Positions 11,151-24,938 of a DNA stretch of 64,000 nt are shown one piece after another (positions within the stretch are counted from its first letter, which is position 1; every line of letters starts with the position of its first letter). This stretch comes from Trichosphaerium sp. ATCC 40318 (Eukaryota; Protista; Tubulinea). Both the position numbers and the translations under genes were made by a program. The notes under the pieces are model-generated. The model did not search any database, was not told the origin of the DNA, and saw only the letters and a program-made list of their open reading frames with translations. Where the stretch lies: contig JALMLS010000122.1 of the NCBI GenBank assembly GCA_038496445.1, forward strand, positions 62,001 to 126,000. The letters are read 5' to 3'.

Positions 11151-14100
11151 ATGGCACTATTTGGAGTCTCTAGAATGCTTATGCAGGGCATAAGCACCCA
11201 AACTTTCTACATAGATGACGTAAAGAAAGATTTCGATATCAGCGACGAAGAAGAGTTTATAGAAGGTACGTAACTCTCCTACACCAATGCGGAAATGAAT
11301 CAAAACATTGAACGAGATCACGTGACCACTTTTAAGCGCGTAAAACGGTAGCTTGTCGCGTGTTAATCCCTTTTTTTTTTCTACAACAGAATTCGCTTGT
11401 ACTTTATGGCGTCATGGACTTGGTGATGTTACTGGCTCATTTTTATTGTTTGTGAACCATTGTATCTTCTATGGACGCGTAGGCGGTGCTTTACCAATAC
11501 AAGTACGTTAAAAACCACTTCAGCGCTGTTGGCACGTGAAGTGAAGAGTTTTTTGGGGGTTTTTGCGGGATTGTATTCTAAATCCTTTTCTAGGTGTGTA
11601 TCGCTTTGGGTGAGATAGATGAAATCACCAAGGGCACAACATTGTTTGGTTCACCTACTGTTATGAATATAAATGTCGTTTGTGGATACGTGGTACAGTA
11701 ACAAACTATTGTGATTGTATTAAAGTGAGGTAACACGTGCTCTTTAGTATAAGTTCTGCTTTAGTGGTGGAAAAAGAAATAATGCACATGACGTTTTGTA
11801 CGTTTTAGTTCCTACTTCTATTTGTTTTTTGGATGCTCTTCACGTGCGCTTATGATTTGTACAAAAGAGAATTTCTTTGGAAGCGTGAGTGCGGAGATGA
11901 AGAAGCAATAAAGGCAGATCTTCATGTAGAAATAGGAAGAAACCTGGTACAAGCCATCAAACAAGTTCGAAAAAAATTAACTCTTCAATAATAGCATCCA
12001 AAACATCAACCTGAACTACAAAGACACTTTCATGGTCAAGTTGGTCGTACTGAAGTTGTTTTACACAGTAAGTAGTATGGTAAACTAAGGCATTAGTATA
12101 AATGTTGCGCAGGCTTTAGAAGTGCGATGCAGAGTACTGTTTTAAGAAGTGGAAGGTTATATGTCACACAACATAATATTTGTTTCAATTGTTCCATTCC
12201 TCTATTGAAAGTATCGGTATGCTCACATAAGAATATCACTGTGTTCTTATTTTATCCGAATAGGAAGTCATCAAACTGAGAGATATTACTAGAATAGAAA
12301 AAGGCAATACAAGTGTCAGAATACTGACGAAAACTAAAAAAGAGGTTGGCATACCTCTTTTTTTTTTTTTGCTTTGTTTCGTACTTAGCGACAGCCTATT
12401 AATTAATTTCAGGGATATTACTTCTCTATGATGGGTAACAGAGATGCTGCGTTCTTTCAACTACGACGTGTTTGGTTGAAAGCGATGGTAGCTAACTAGG
12501 AATTTAATACAAAGCTTAAGCTGTTTTTTTTTTTAAGCATTTGGTCGCTCTTTCTGACTAGTCTTCGTTAGGTTAATGTATTCCCGCCACCAAAATATCC
12601 TGGAGGTATACTTGTAATATTGACACTGTGTATTAATTGTCTACTTAGCTAGAGAAGCTGAGCTGGTTCAGTTGTGGAAGCAATTTTCAAAACTTGATAC
12701 AGAATCTAGTGGGATGGTTTCAAGAGAAAACTTTGTTAAACGAATATCAGATGTTGTACATGACGACTTTATGGTGAGTTTATTATAACCAATCGAGCGT
12801 CCTTTGAATAAAGTATCACCATATCCGTTGGTGGAAGGAAATTTGAACACTGAACTTCTTTCAAACTAACTTTTTTTGATTTAGGCTGACGCTCTGTTTA
12901 ACGCCTTTGATAAAGATAATAACAACACAATAGAGTTTTCAGAGTTTCTTCGTGGTATGCGTGTCATGAATAAAGGAAATGCTATACAGAAACTAGAACG
13001 TGCGTCTCAAAAAAAAATTCTCAAAACTAACAATAAAACCAACAAAGTCTCGTTCATGATGTATGATGAGAACAACGATAGTTTCATCACTGTATCTGAT
13101 TTGATTCGAGTGCATACGAGACTTGATACAGAAAAAAACGGCACGTGCTGTTTATAAAAATCACGTGAATACGTGTGTATGCATGAATAAAAGAATGCTA
13201 AGTTTGCTTTGATAGGTGCCATTGAAGCAAAAATGTATGATGCGTTTGCAAAGATTGCATCAGATGGAAGCAAAAAAGTTAACCAAGAGACATTCACAAA
13301 AGGTTTCTAAACATCCTGTGTTAGTACACAAACCTCGCTGATAATATACTAGGTGTTGTAGATAACCCTGATGTCCAAGAAGCGCTCGGACTAACAGATG
13401 TATTAAAACCTGGATCCGCTTTATCTCAGAAGACAGGTGTTATTGCATTAGAACCTGGTATAAAGAAAACAATTCTACTTGGTATCGAAAAAGCTGTTCA
13501 AAGAGCACAAACTTTTTCAACAGCGAAACCTGTTGACTTTGAAGCTGAGAGTGAAGGCATTCAAACAAAATTCGAATGGTACTTGTTTTTATTCATAGCC
13601 AACAACTTTAAGGGCCTTTCCATAATACAGTTTTATACTTACAGCAGTTAATTAGTAGTTCTGAAACTTATGCAATAACAGATTGGGCTCCTAGACTATT
13701 CAGGAGTACGGATTTTTCTTTCAGACGAAAATTTTTGTTTTACAAACTTGGGGTTTTTTGATCTCGTTTGATAGGAATCCGAGAACAATTTGGTGTAACA
13801 GATGAGCTTTATTTAAAATCACTTGGACATCAACAGCTTGCTAAAAATGTACTTTGTGGCGCATGGACCCTCTTGAAAGGTAGTGCTACTTCAGGCAGAT
13901 CAGGGTACGCGGTGTAAATACCTATCAAGGAAAACAAAGATTTCTAGTCAGTCTTGATTAATTGCTGTTTATAGGGCGTTTTTCTTGAGGTCTTTTGATT
14001 CTCAGTTCCTTATAAAGTCATGTTCTCCTGCAGAATACACATTCCTTCAAGAAATACTTCCAGAGTACTACAAGGTATTTAAAATATCACAATTTCCTTG

Positions 14101-14980
14101 CAAACCATCTCAATCAATTTCTTTTTAGCATTTAAAAACAAACCCAGATACTCTCATTGCACGGTTCTATCAGTTAGCTATCCTCAAGGAGCCGAGTGGT
14201 AAAGACCTATACTTTGTTGTAATGGAAAATATTCTTCCAAATGGTAAAGTAGAGGCTCTATATGATCTGAAGGGATCTACTGTTGGAAGATCTACTCCAG
14301 CCGCAAACAGGTATTCTGATTTTTTTCTCAACATATGCAGAAGTTATTTGACTTTTGTTGTAGGAAACCCGGTATGGCTCTTAAAGACTTGGATTTTATG
14401 TCTTCAAAAGCGGCTGTTAAAGTATCACCTGATATTAAACAAGCGTTGTACGCCCAAATAGAAAAAGATGCTTCTTTTCTTGCAAAACAAAATATTATTG
14501 ATTACTCTATGCTTCTTGGAATAAGCATGAAACGAAGTACGTAGCCGTATTAGCCTGCTGAAAATTCTTCAATTCAAACGAATGATTGATAGTAATTTTT
14601 TTTACTTACTATGGCACATAGAGAACGTTGTTGAACTGTCACCAGCAGAACTGAGGTTTGTTCTTTTTTTCATTAATAGAAAAACGAAAAACCGATTTAC
14701 TCATGATTAGGCGTTCTAAGAGTGTTTACAAGAGAGTTGGCGGAGGCCTAGAGTCAACAGATGGGAAAGAAGTTTACTACTTTGGCATCATTGATATCTT
14801 AATACCTTGGGGATTCGCTAAAAAGTCAGAACATGCTCTAAAGGCAATTGTCTACGATAAGGTAATTAATAAGTCACGTGCAATCCTCTCATTTATTTTT
14901 AGGACGGAATAAGTGTAACAGAACCTAGTGTGTACAAAGGCAGGTTTGTAGAGTTCATGACAAAGACTGTATTCAAGTAA
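11151..14980 (+). CDS. Phosphatidylinositol-phosphate kinase (PIP5K family) with two GRAM domains and an NCS/calcineurin-B-like EF-hand module
   Basis: GRAM-like FACTLW...GSFLLFVNHCIF and SGRLYVTQHNICF. EF-hands DTESSGMVS, DKDNNNTIEFSEF, DENNDSFIT. PIPK motifs SGRSGAFF, FLIKS, VVMENI, YDLKGSTVGR, LKDLDF, IIDYSMLLG, YFGIIDIL, YKGRF. Confidence 0.9.
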
Positions 14981-15302
14981 AAACAACTTTTACTTAACGT
15001 CTAGTTCGTTTAGTTTTAGACACTAAATCCTTCCATGTTTTATTCAGCGAACTTATGAACTTCTATTGTATGGGAGGTGCTATCATTAGGCCTACAATGA
15101 TGGCCTTTCATAACGATACGCAAGTCAACTCATGAGTCAAAATCATTTACACAATAGTTATACATTACCGAATCTCTTCGTAGTACCAGGAAAGGTAATG
15201 GAAACAAAGATGGCGGGCCGAAAAGGTCTACTTTCTATCGTTTTGTTCGTAAAAAAGATTGACATGCGAAACAAAAATGACATTATATATGACCCCTAAC
15301 TT

Positions 15303-15817
15303 CTACTGAGCATGTTCTTTTCCTTCTGGAACCTTAGTTGTATGCTCTTCTTTATCATCCTCTGATGATGGCTCTTCACTGTACACTGAAGAAAACCTTG
15401 ACGCTTATTTTAGTAATCGTTTGGTTAAAGAATTGTACAATTGGCTTAAAAAACGTCTCAGTAGCGTACCATAACATTGATACCATCAAACACGCTGCCA
15501 AACCGAGAAAAATAAAGATATGTACAGATTCTGATGTAGAAAAGTTTGAATTATCTGACAGCAAGCCCTTGTAGCGATGTTAGACATTTTTACGGCGATT
15601 ACGACGTACGAAATACACTAAGGATGCCACAAACCCAATAACACTGAATAACGCTACAACAATCACCACTGTAATAGCTAGAGGAAAGCTACCAGACTCA
15701 AGGATACTCTTACATGCGGATTGTTACAATTTGTACATAAAATGATTAAAACGTGCTTACACCGACTATGGCCTCTAGAAAACCTCGGTTTTTATCTTTT
15801 TTTGTAGTTGTGGCCAT
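15303..15817 (-). CDS. PKR1: PKR1-like ER V-ATPase assembly factor (4 exons)
   Basis: Spliced: GFLEAIVGSILESGSFP, TM, VHIFIFLGLAACLMVSMLWF, acidic tail. This resembles yeast Pkr1 (FFVRLWESVFEPGTSP...IHFYAL...VIWF). Confidence 0.7.
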
Positions 15818-15928
15818 TCTAATAAGTTTCAGGAATATTTTGTCGCTTATTTTCGCCATAAGGCATACAATGTGCAAAAATAGTCTGTATTGCAGGCGTT
15901 GGTAGACCAGTTAAATTAGATTAGGCGT

Positions 15929-18900
15929 ATGGCAGAGCCTCTACCTGTAAGAGAGGACAAACGTAAAAAAAAGCAAGCAAAGTCTAAAGGTATGTATAAA
16001 CGGTGATGCCATAGAGCAGTAGACGCTAAAACGGACACTTTGATCTTGTTACTCCGCAATTTTTAGCATAATTCATTGTTTGTCTTATTTACATGTTTCT
16101 AGGCGGCTCCCCACAGTTCAACATCAGTCTAAAAGGTAAATTCCAAAATACAACGTAAAACTCATGTAAGGAAGGTTTGTCACCAAAGGACAAGCGGAGG
16201 AGGGAAGCAAAGAGCAAAAAAAGCCAGCGGGATGAACGCTTAATAAGCTCACGAAGTGAATCTAACCTATAGTACGCTTGTCAAGCCCGCCGTTGTGCGA
16301 CTAGATACAATGAATCTTTACCAACTAATGTCATTTCAGCAAGCGGAGAGTGGTTAAGGCGCCGCAAATAAAGCATCAGCGATCTAAATCGGCAACATTT
16401 AACGGTTCTTCGCGATTACGAGCTAAAGGTCGCACATCGTCAAAAGGAGAACCAAAATCAGCGCGTGGTGCGTAGGGTTTTGTTCTACTTGAGTTTTGCG
16501 CTGATCATCAAGCTGTTTTCTTTTTGGTGAATTACTAACATTTGTTTGTAAAGAGGAAAGTACTCGTGTCAAGCCGAAGAAAAAAGCTAAGATCGGTTCA
16601 CCTTATAATGCACAACACAACCTTCATGTTCGTAAAGGAGAGAAAGGTCTAGAAGGATTACCACCTGTGTGGGTCACAATTTTAAAGGCAAGGTTTTAAA
16701 CCTTTTTTTATTTTTTTTTCTCATCGCCATGTACCTTTTTATGACTTTTTTTACTTTGGTGTTTTTTAATGAAAGTTGGATTAATTATTCAATAGGGTCT
16801 GGGTTACTCTGATGATCAAATATCTGAGAATTCAGAAGAAATTAGAGATGTCATTAATTTTCAGGATACAAGAAACTTACGTGCTTCTTCTTCGTCCACA
16901 GCGTCTCTACCGGAGTCATCTCCTAAACAAAATAATATTCTATGTACGCAAATATTTATAACTTCCTTCTGGGTGGTAGTCAAAAGAAGGCAGCCAAATC
17001 AATTTAGAAAATATAAGTTTGCATAAGGTGGAAAGAAAACGTTTCTAAATAACTATATAGGGAATCACATTGATAGTATGTGCTTGGATCCAAAAGATTT
17101 ATATACAATGGACACCGTCATAGGTATGTAGAAAAACTTGAAGTATTTACAATGATATGCACAAAGCTCTAAAGTCTCGTAATTTTCTACCATTTTCTCG
17201 GTATTGAATTATAATTTTCCTGGATATTGTATTCTGCGCATTGCGAATACTCGGCATTAACGTGCAAAATATCATCAACTTGTAAGACAACGTACAAGAA
17301 ATGTACAGTGAGGTTTTCGCCAAAGTAACTGGTTTTTGATTGTTTTTTTTTTGTGGTCAACTACTGTCATTGTTTCGTTCTAACAACTGTTTATGTAATA
17401 GGTGAGGGCTCTGAAGGTGTTATATATAGCGGTAAAGATCGTATATCAAACAAAGAAGTTGCTATTAAAAGCATGAATCTTAAAGAAAATGAGCTTGATC
17501 GTACAGCTCAAGAACTTCATATTATGAAGACGTGCAACCATGAAAATATTGTAGAATTTTATAGAGCATATTATTGGGATGGTAGGCTATATATTATACT
17601 TGAATATATGGATGGTGGTAGCCTTGCTCATTTACTTCAATATCATAAGAAATTTCCTTTTTTAGAGCGTCAAATACAGTTTGTATGCTTTAATGTTCTT
17701 AATGGATTACGTTATTTACATAAACATCATCGTATGCATAGAGATATAAAGAGCGATAATGTTCTTTTAAATACTAAAGGTGCTGTGAAAATCGGAGATT
17801 TCGGTTTTTGTGCACAGTTAACTGAAGTTCAACAAAAAAGGAATACAGGAAGTGGAACACCTTACTGGGTACGGCAATATTGTTTTTTATAAAATCTTTA
17901 TTTATTCTTTTCAATATCCCTGATTATTGATTTTAGATGGCACCAGAGAGTAAGTGTAGAACGACAACGACATTAGTTTTCTTTTTTTTTCAGGCTGTTT
18001 TTTTTTTTGACATTTTGATTTTTTTGTGGCTTCTGTTTGTCGTCTTGGTGGTAAAATAGAAATATTGATTACTCATATACATGTAGTTATACGTGGTAAG
18101 AAGTACGGAACCAAAATTGATATTTGGAGTCTTGGTAAGGCTAGCTTTTTTTTTTTGTTGTAAAGTTTCTAATCTTGTTTTTTTCAATAGGTATACTCTT
18201 GATGGAGATGGCTGAGGGTTTACCTCCTTATTTTGACATGGCAGAGTTTGATGCTCTGTTGTATATTAGAAAACATGGCGCACCAGAACTAAAACAGCCA
18301 TCACAATGGTCAGATGCTTTCAAGGTACGAGAAACTTGTATTTACTAGTTTTATTTCAGTTTTCCAAGTTTACTACATTCTGGCATTCTATGCGCTTTGT
18401 GTTAGATATCATTCTTTCAGTTTCTTTGTATTTGTATTTAACACGTTTTTCTTGAAGGGGTTTTTAGCATTGTGTATAACAAAGAATCCTGCTTCACGTG
18501 GTACTAGTAGTGAACTATTACAACATCGTTGGATGACTGTGCAGGCTCTAGATGCCAATCAAAGGCGTATTGTACCTATAATAGATGCTATAAAAGCACA
18601 TAAGGAGAATGAAGTCATAGCACTAAAAGCTAGAGCGGTACGCCATTTTTTTTGATTGAATCAAATTCTCAAAAAAAATTCTTGAAAAAAAAAGGTAACC
18701 AACAATTCTACTCTTGTGCTCTCTCTTGAAGTAACACAAACCAATTATTTTACAACAATAGAGTAATACCAAGCGTGTTGCTTTGTGCAAATTCTTTTAA
18801 GTAATGTAGCCAAACAGGGGTTTTTTGAAATCCTTTAAAAAAAAATTCAGAAATATAGTATCGCTAAGATGACTTTTAGGCTCAGCATCTTGTTGATATT

Positions 18901-19026
18901 GGTATAAACATAGCTGCATCAAAAAAAGATAATAATTCCTCACCTAAATCACGTAGTGGTAACTCAAGAGGAAAGAAACGAGATCACCATCATCATAAAA
19001 AAGTAACAATAGCAGATGAATCCTAA
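15929..19026 (+). CDS. PAK/STE20-family kinase with CRIB domain and basic N-terminus
   Basis: CRIB KIGSPYNAQHNLHV...GLEGLPPVW. Kinase motifs GEGSEG, VAIK, HRDIKSDN, DFGFCAQL, GTPYWMAPE (MAPE in a 13-nt micro-exon), DIWSLG, EMAEGLPPY. Confidence 0.92.
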
Positions 19027-19402
19027 AGATGCACAAAAATTACTAGTATCCTTGTGAATAAAAACACTAGTGGAGAAGGTGGCATTGGCTTGTGTTTTGA
19101 AGCTTTCTTTTAACTTAAGAGCAATGAATCCTATTCAACCAAATTTTCACTGTTCCAATATGAGCACGCGAAAAACGGACCAGTTTTCTCTTGCTTGGTC
19201 AGACAAACAATAAGAAAACTCGCTATTTTTAGCTAGGTCAACTGTATACTAAATTTGTAATAAAGTTTGACCTTCACGTGAATGCAGAAACTATTATGTG
19301 TACGCAACAAGCTCCTAGATTTTTTTTTTACACTTGGTGTACCGAGGACGAACATATACGTTCACACTTCCTTTGACTTTTTATTGTTCGTGGTGTCGCA
19401 AT

Positions 19403-22400
19403 ATGCAACGACCAGAAGCGGATAGCACTGCAAAGTCTACAAAACCAGGTTTTAGCGCGCTATGGGCTCGTTTAAACCACGCAGCCCCACATACAACTTT
19501 TGGTACAATAAACTATCTTCGTCTTTCTGTACGCACCCTGTGCACCTTCTAAGGTGAATGTAATATACTTACATGTTGTTTAGCGTAATATTACTACTGT
19601 AAGTGTAGTAATTGCCTTGGGAGCCTTTTCCATCACGTTTTCCTCCTATTTAAACTATTTCAAAACCAACCAGTGTACAAACTTCTCCCAAGTGTTCACT
19701 GTACGTTGTTATCTACAAGTTTAGCTTATACACACGGACAACTGACGTTTAAGACTGAATAACGGTTTTGTTATTTAACGTTAAGCTCTTGATTAACACG
19801 CTAAATTACATAGCGCTAGTTTCGAGTCAGTTCCAGTCAGAAGGCTTTGCCATGAAGCAATGCAATATTAATTTAACGCTCTGGGCTACTTGATAAACAC
19901 TACACCGATCAGTAGCAAGCACTTGACATTCCTGACTACCAAGCATATGAAGTACTCCATAATAATCTCATAATGTTACCTGTCAGTGTTCACAACCTAT
20001 CTCGAAAGATTAGGTATTTTATACTCTTACCACGTAAAAGTGTGCACGTGTTTATGTTTGAGAATGGCTTGATTTTCGTGGTAGTTACTGAGCATGAAAG
20101 ATATTAATGACAAAAATAGAGATGAATATTAATGTATTTATGGATGGTTGTGAAGACTGACAGGTAACCCTTTGAGATTATGGCTTACTTTATATGCTTG
20201 GTAAGCAGAAATATGTCAATTGCTTGCTACCGATCGCGAGTGGTCTTTTATCAAGTCGAGCATTAAATTCATTTGCGTTACTTCATGTCAAAGCCTTCTG
20301 AATCTGGAACTGAATCGAAACTAGCGCTATGTAATTTAGCGTTATTTCGCCTCAAAAGCCCAACTATTCTCCGTCAATTCCTCGATGTCATCTAACAATT
20401 CTAACATACCTTCTTTTTATATAGAGTGTGTCTTGGTTTGCACCATTTTATTTAGAGCGAATAATTCAAAATTTTTGTGTCGGTTTTTATTATGGTAGTC
20501 TAATATTACTATTTGTGCAATTATTTAGAGACAGGTATGTTTTTATTTGGCAAGTAGCCATTCTCTCATATCTTTCTAGACAACAACCATTGTTTAATAT
20601 TAGTAAGTATACATATGAAAAACATATCACAGTATTTCTTGAAACAGCATAAAGGTAAAGTTGCTGAACAACTTGCAAAGAGTTATTCAAAATATGGAAA
20701 AGTTTATGGTGTCTGTACCTTTATATGACAATAAGAAAAATTGTTTGATACCAACAACAGGCAGAAAGTGTTGTAATGAAGCTTATATAACGTTTGAATC
20801 AACAGAAGGAGTGAGTGCTGTTTATCAAAAACAGTATTACAAAAAGTGTTGTAAACACCAAGAAAGGTATGTCCAATCCTTTAAAAGAATCTTTCTTAAC
20901 TTGCACGACTATTACTGACTCCTTATTGATAGAAGAGTAAGGGCTGAAGTACCACAGGTACCAGAAGCAATCGATATGGACAAATGGTCTGTCCAGACTT
21001 CATTCTATCGAAGGGGTTTTAGTATGAACTTTGGGGTTTTTTTTTTACTTGTTTTGTTTGTTGAACTTGGAATTAACACTGGATAATAGTGGTAGTAGTG
21101 ATGGCTGTAATACTTGGCCTTATCTTAGGAAGTTCTGCTGTTATTTGTTTGAGATACACTGTGAGCCTTATCACTGACAATTCAGCCAGTGTTTTGTTAG
21201 TTTAATGAGCGTTTTCCTTGTTTCTATTATTGAAAGCATTCTACGTGATTTATCAACCTGTATGTTGGTCACATGACTCACTTACCTTAAAACAACCGCA
21301 ATTCTCATTCATGAATGATATCTAAATTGTTTTCTAGATATCACAGACAAGTTAATTTGTCACTCTAACCGTTCTTTCAAGGTACTGTTGTGTTTTTTTT
21401 GTGGTGTCAAACTTTTTGCTATTTCAGCATATTGACACCAAGGATAACATATTTCAAGAGTTTCTGTGATATTAATGGTATAATTGTAGCAAATCAATAT
21501 AGTTTCTAATTACCAGATAATACGAACAATTCTAGTAATTGTTGTAATCACGTATTGCTTTTCATCAGTAGTACAAATGCAAAACGACTTTAGAGATAGG
21601 GAGCTATTTTTGGTTGAAAGTACAGAACAAGAATTTTCACGTATTACTGGACTAGCTTATACCGATGCCACTCAATTCTTGGTAAAACTTAACACCTTGA
21701 ACTATTTATAGCGTTTTTGCGACTTGCTCAACTTTTTTCTTAATTTATTCTTATTTCTTTTAGATTTTATTCTCAGCAATGTCAATATTTATTGAGAATT
21801 TTGCTGAGCTTGTGAGACCCAAAAAACATTTAATGGAATACTTTGGTTTATGGTACGTCTTCTAACACCTGATAAAGATCACAAAAGTGCCTTTAAGTCT
21901 GATTTTGTTGTTAAGTGTCAAAGATGAACCAGAGTTTCCTCTTGGAAGCAGATATGGTAGCCTAGCTGCTGATAGCATACCAATGGTGTTAGCAGTTAAA
22001 ATAAGCTTTGCAATATTTATATTTACAGGGATAAGTTGTGCCTGTCGGTACCTTAGAGACAAATACCTTGGTACACCTTTGTTTGCAAGTTTTTTTTGCA
22101 ACTTGCTTTTTTTTGGGACTCTGTGAAAACAAACAGCTTTGTAATTAAAGTCAATACTAATTGGTAACTTTTAAGTGCCAAACAGATACAAAACAAGGAG
22201 TAAAATGCCATTTAAACTTGATTTTGTTTCACACACGGCAGTTTTGTTAATGAAGTCAAGATAAAGAAAAGTTTATCCTCAATAAGCTAGCTTAACTAAC
22301 ATTGTTTTAATAGGCTCGATTCAAAGCCAGAAATGCCTGACATGGTGTTAACGATTTTGCCCTTTATTACAGTAATAGCAGCGCTCATTTGTGAGAAAAA

Positions 22401-22683
22401 TAAGCAGTCAATGAGAAAAAATCAACCTTCATTGGGATCTATTTTTATTGGTTTCTATCCTTCTAGCAGAACATATCTTGGACCCAACATAACTTTTGAA
22501 AAAGCAATTGGTATGCCCGAATGTGGAACAAATGTTTGTACGTTTAAACAAAACACAAAGACTTTAGTCCCTTTTTACAGCTATTAACTCCCATTTTCAG
22601 ACTGTGAGTATTACATATCCTTATCACATGGACTGCACTTAACTGAAATCTACAAGTCGGAAGCAACAAATGCAAGCAAGTAA
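19403..22683 (+). CDS. OSCA/TMEM63 (CSC1)-like multi-pass membrane channel, divergent; some exon boundaries uncertain
   Basis: N-terminal TM segments, cytosolic region with VPLYD...AYITFES and PQVPEAID (compare AFVTF and APEPxDI), further TMs, and PEFPLGSRY. Confidence 0.55.
19798..20342. repeat. Long imperfect inverted repeat (arms 19798-19997 and 20146-20342) inside a ~0.7-kb intron
   Basis: The outer 28 bp are perfectly complementary (acgctaaattacatagcgctagtttcga). Pairing continues for ~200 bp with mismatches and small bulges, and there is an extra stem in the loop. Confidence 0.95.
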
Positions 22684-22852
22684 ATAGCTCTGTTCTCTAA
22701 ATTGAAATAGGCTACATGTCCTTTTGTACCACGAAAAATACATATCTGAGGCATAGTCACTTTTAGCTGACCCAACGTTTTGTTGTTTACAATGAAGGAG
22801 TAGGTCAAAAGCAATCATTCATGTTTATTTACACAAAAAAAAAATCTCTATT

Positions 22853-24823
22853 CTATGAAGTGTCCATTTTATCCTCACCGTCCTCTGTCTTCCCTTCTTT
22901 TTCCTTCTTTACATATGCAATAACTGCCTTCAAGAAAGCTGCGGTACCGACACTTGATCCAAGGTCAATATTAGTAGTATCAATACCAAAGGAGCGTAAG
23001 ATGGAAGGTCCTTCCTGAGATAAAAGAGTGAGTACAACACACGAACAAAATCAAAAAACTTTTCACAGCAAAAAAAAAAAAAGGTACTCTTTGTAGACAA
23101 AGTCGTGAAGTCACGTGACATCAAGTCTTCAACAAGTAAAGTAAAAAATAAAACTGTTTCTATGATGCTAAAGCAATCATTCATACCGATAAAGTAAGGA
23201 AAGCAAGCGACTAATAAACAAAAAAGCAAACAGAAAAAGAAAAACAAAGATGAGTCGATATCGACTCTCTTTACAAAAAGATCTTATTCAAACGTACTTG
23301 CTGGCAAGCAGCTGATAACATATCAGCAGCTTGACGGAACTGAGGCGTTCTCAGAGTAGCTTCAAGAACACCAGGAGTCTCACGATCTTGTTCAGGTAAT
23401 AGTGCCTTAAGGTTAGCTTGGATCTCTGGATCATTTAATGCTCCGGATTTAATAATAGCCTCAGCATCGAAAACATTACCCAACGAAGGTCCTGTAAAAG
23501 AAATCTCATCAGAAAACAGAAAAAAAAAAAAAATAGGACATTCGTCATTCCTTGCTTCACTCACCTTGTTGGCCCTGTACTTGTGGTCCAAGGGTTTTAA
23601 GGATATTTTCCAAGTCCATAGCTTGAATCTAATAGGTATTGGGTAAGAACAGAAGCTCAAGAGCAACAGTAACTACAAAAAGAGGCAAAAAAAAAACGAT
23701 TTCCTAAAAAGAACGTACTGGCTCTGGCTGCGCTTGTTCTGGGGTTGCAGCTGCTTCTTCTGTTTCTGCTGCTGCCGCTGCAGCAGGAGAGCTAGTAGTA
23801 TCACTTGGTGCATCTCCTCCTTCTGCTGCTGCTCCGCCGATACCTGCTCGTCTCAGAAAACGCTGACGTTGTGTTTGAGTAAACATACCTACGAAGAAAC
23901 GAGTTAATACAACAGGTAAACGCGAACGAAGCGCTTATGACTTTCTACAAAAATACTGAGCGCAAGGCGCTCCCTTTTGCTCAAAAGCGATTATAAACGA
24001 ACACCAAAGTACTAGTAAAGCACTAGAAGGGTTTTTAGTGGTTTTAACGTACCGAAGTTTCCAGCAAACATTTGCAAGAGTGCGTTCTGGTCAAGACCTT
24101 CTAAACCAGCTGCTGGAGATGGTTCTGGTTGAGGTGGCTCATTCATGTACTTGTTAATCTTAGTGCAGTACTCTTCGTCCTTATCTTCTTTGGCTTCCTT
24201 TTTAGAGCGTGTTAGTAGCGTTTAGGAGGCATGTAAAGCGCTATTGGAAGCAGCTGTTACTGTTTGGTTTTTTTTAACTGACAACGTCTACATAAACGCA
24301 AGAGAAGCTTTTGATGCTGTAGAATCGAACAGTAGCGAAAGATATGCGTTCTAAAAGGGTGACGTACTTGTAACCAGAAAAAGAGCTTCTTGTCGCTGCT
24401 CTTGAACTCTAGGAGGTACACGCGACCAGTTTTACATTCTTTTACACGACGAAAGTGAGCGTCGTCTGGAAATATAATCAGATCCTGATTAGGTTAGCCT
24501 ATTGATTACAAAGGAGATAGGATATGGTATAGCGTACTGTTTGGGCGACACCTGTCGCTCTCTCTTTCCAAATGAAATGAATAAGATTATCTGCGGACTA
24601 GATAGCGTCAGCGCAACAAAATAATCAGTTTAATACCAATTTTAATTGAACAAGCCCTTTTCTTTTGTCTGGGCGAACCCAACGTGTTTTGGCATCTTTA
24701 TGCATTAACCCCGCTTTAAATTCAACAAGGACAGACTTATCCTAACAAATATCGATTAATAACGGTCGTATTGCTTTAACTTACGCCTTGTTGAGCCTGG
24801 GGAGCAAAGAGGTTCATAGACAT
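22853..24823 (-). CDS. RPN13: Proteasome ubiquitin receptor Rpn13/ADRM1
   Basis: Pru domain LVEFKAG...PDKRKGLV...LIHFIWKER...DLIIFPDDA...TGRVYLLEF...FFWLQE, and C-terminal DEUBAD-like LRTPQFRQA. Confidence 0.93.
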
Positions 24824-24938
24824 CTTTGTTGTTTTTGTTTACGAAAATTTAGTCGAGCCTTGAGTATTTTACTCTGTTTGACTTTGGTCGGCAACTTCAC
24901 AGTGTAACCGTTTGTGATTAAAAGCAATATAACAGGCA

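Noticed and set aside
16343-16361. tRNA A-box-like GCGGAGAGTGGTTAAGGCG
   Set aside because: No T-arm or acceptor stem; it lies in an in-frame PAK exon (KRRVVKAP).
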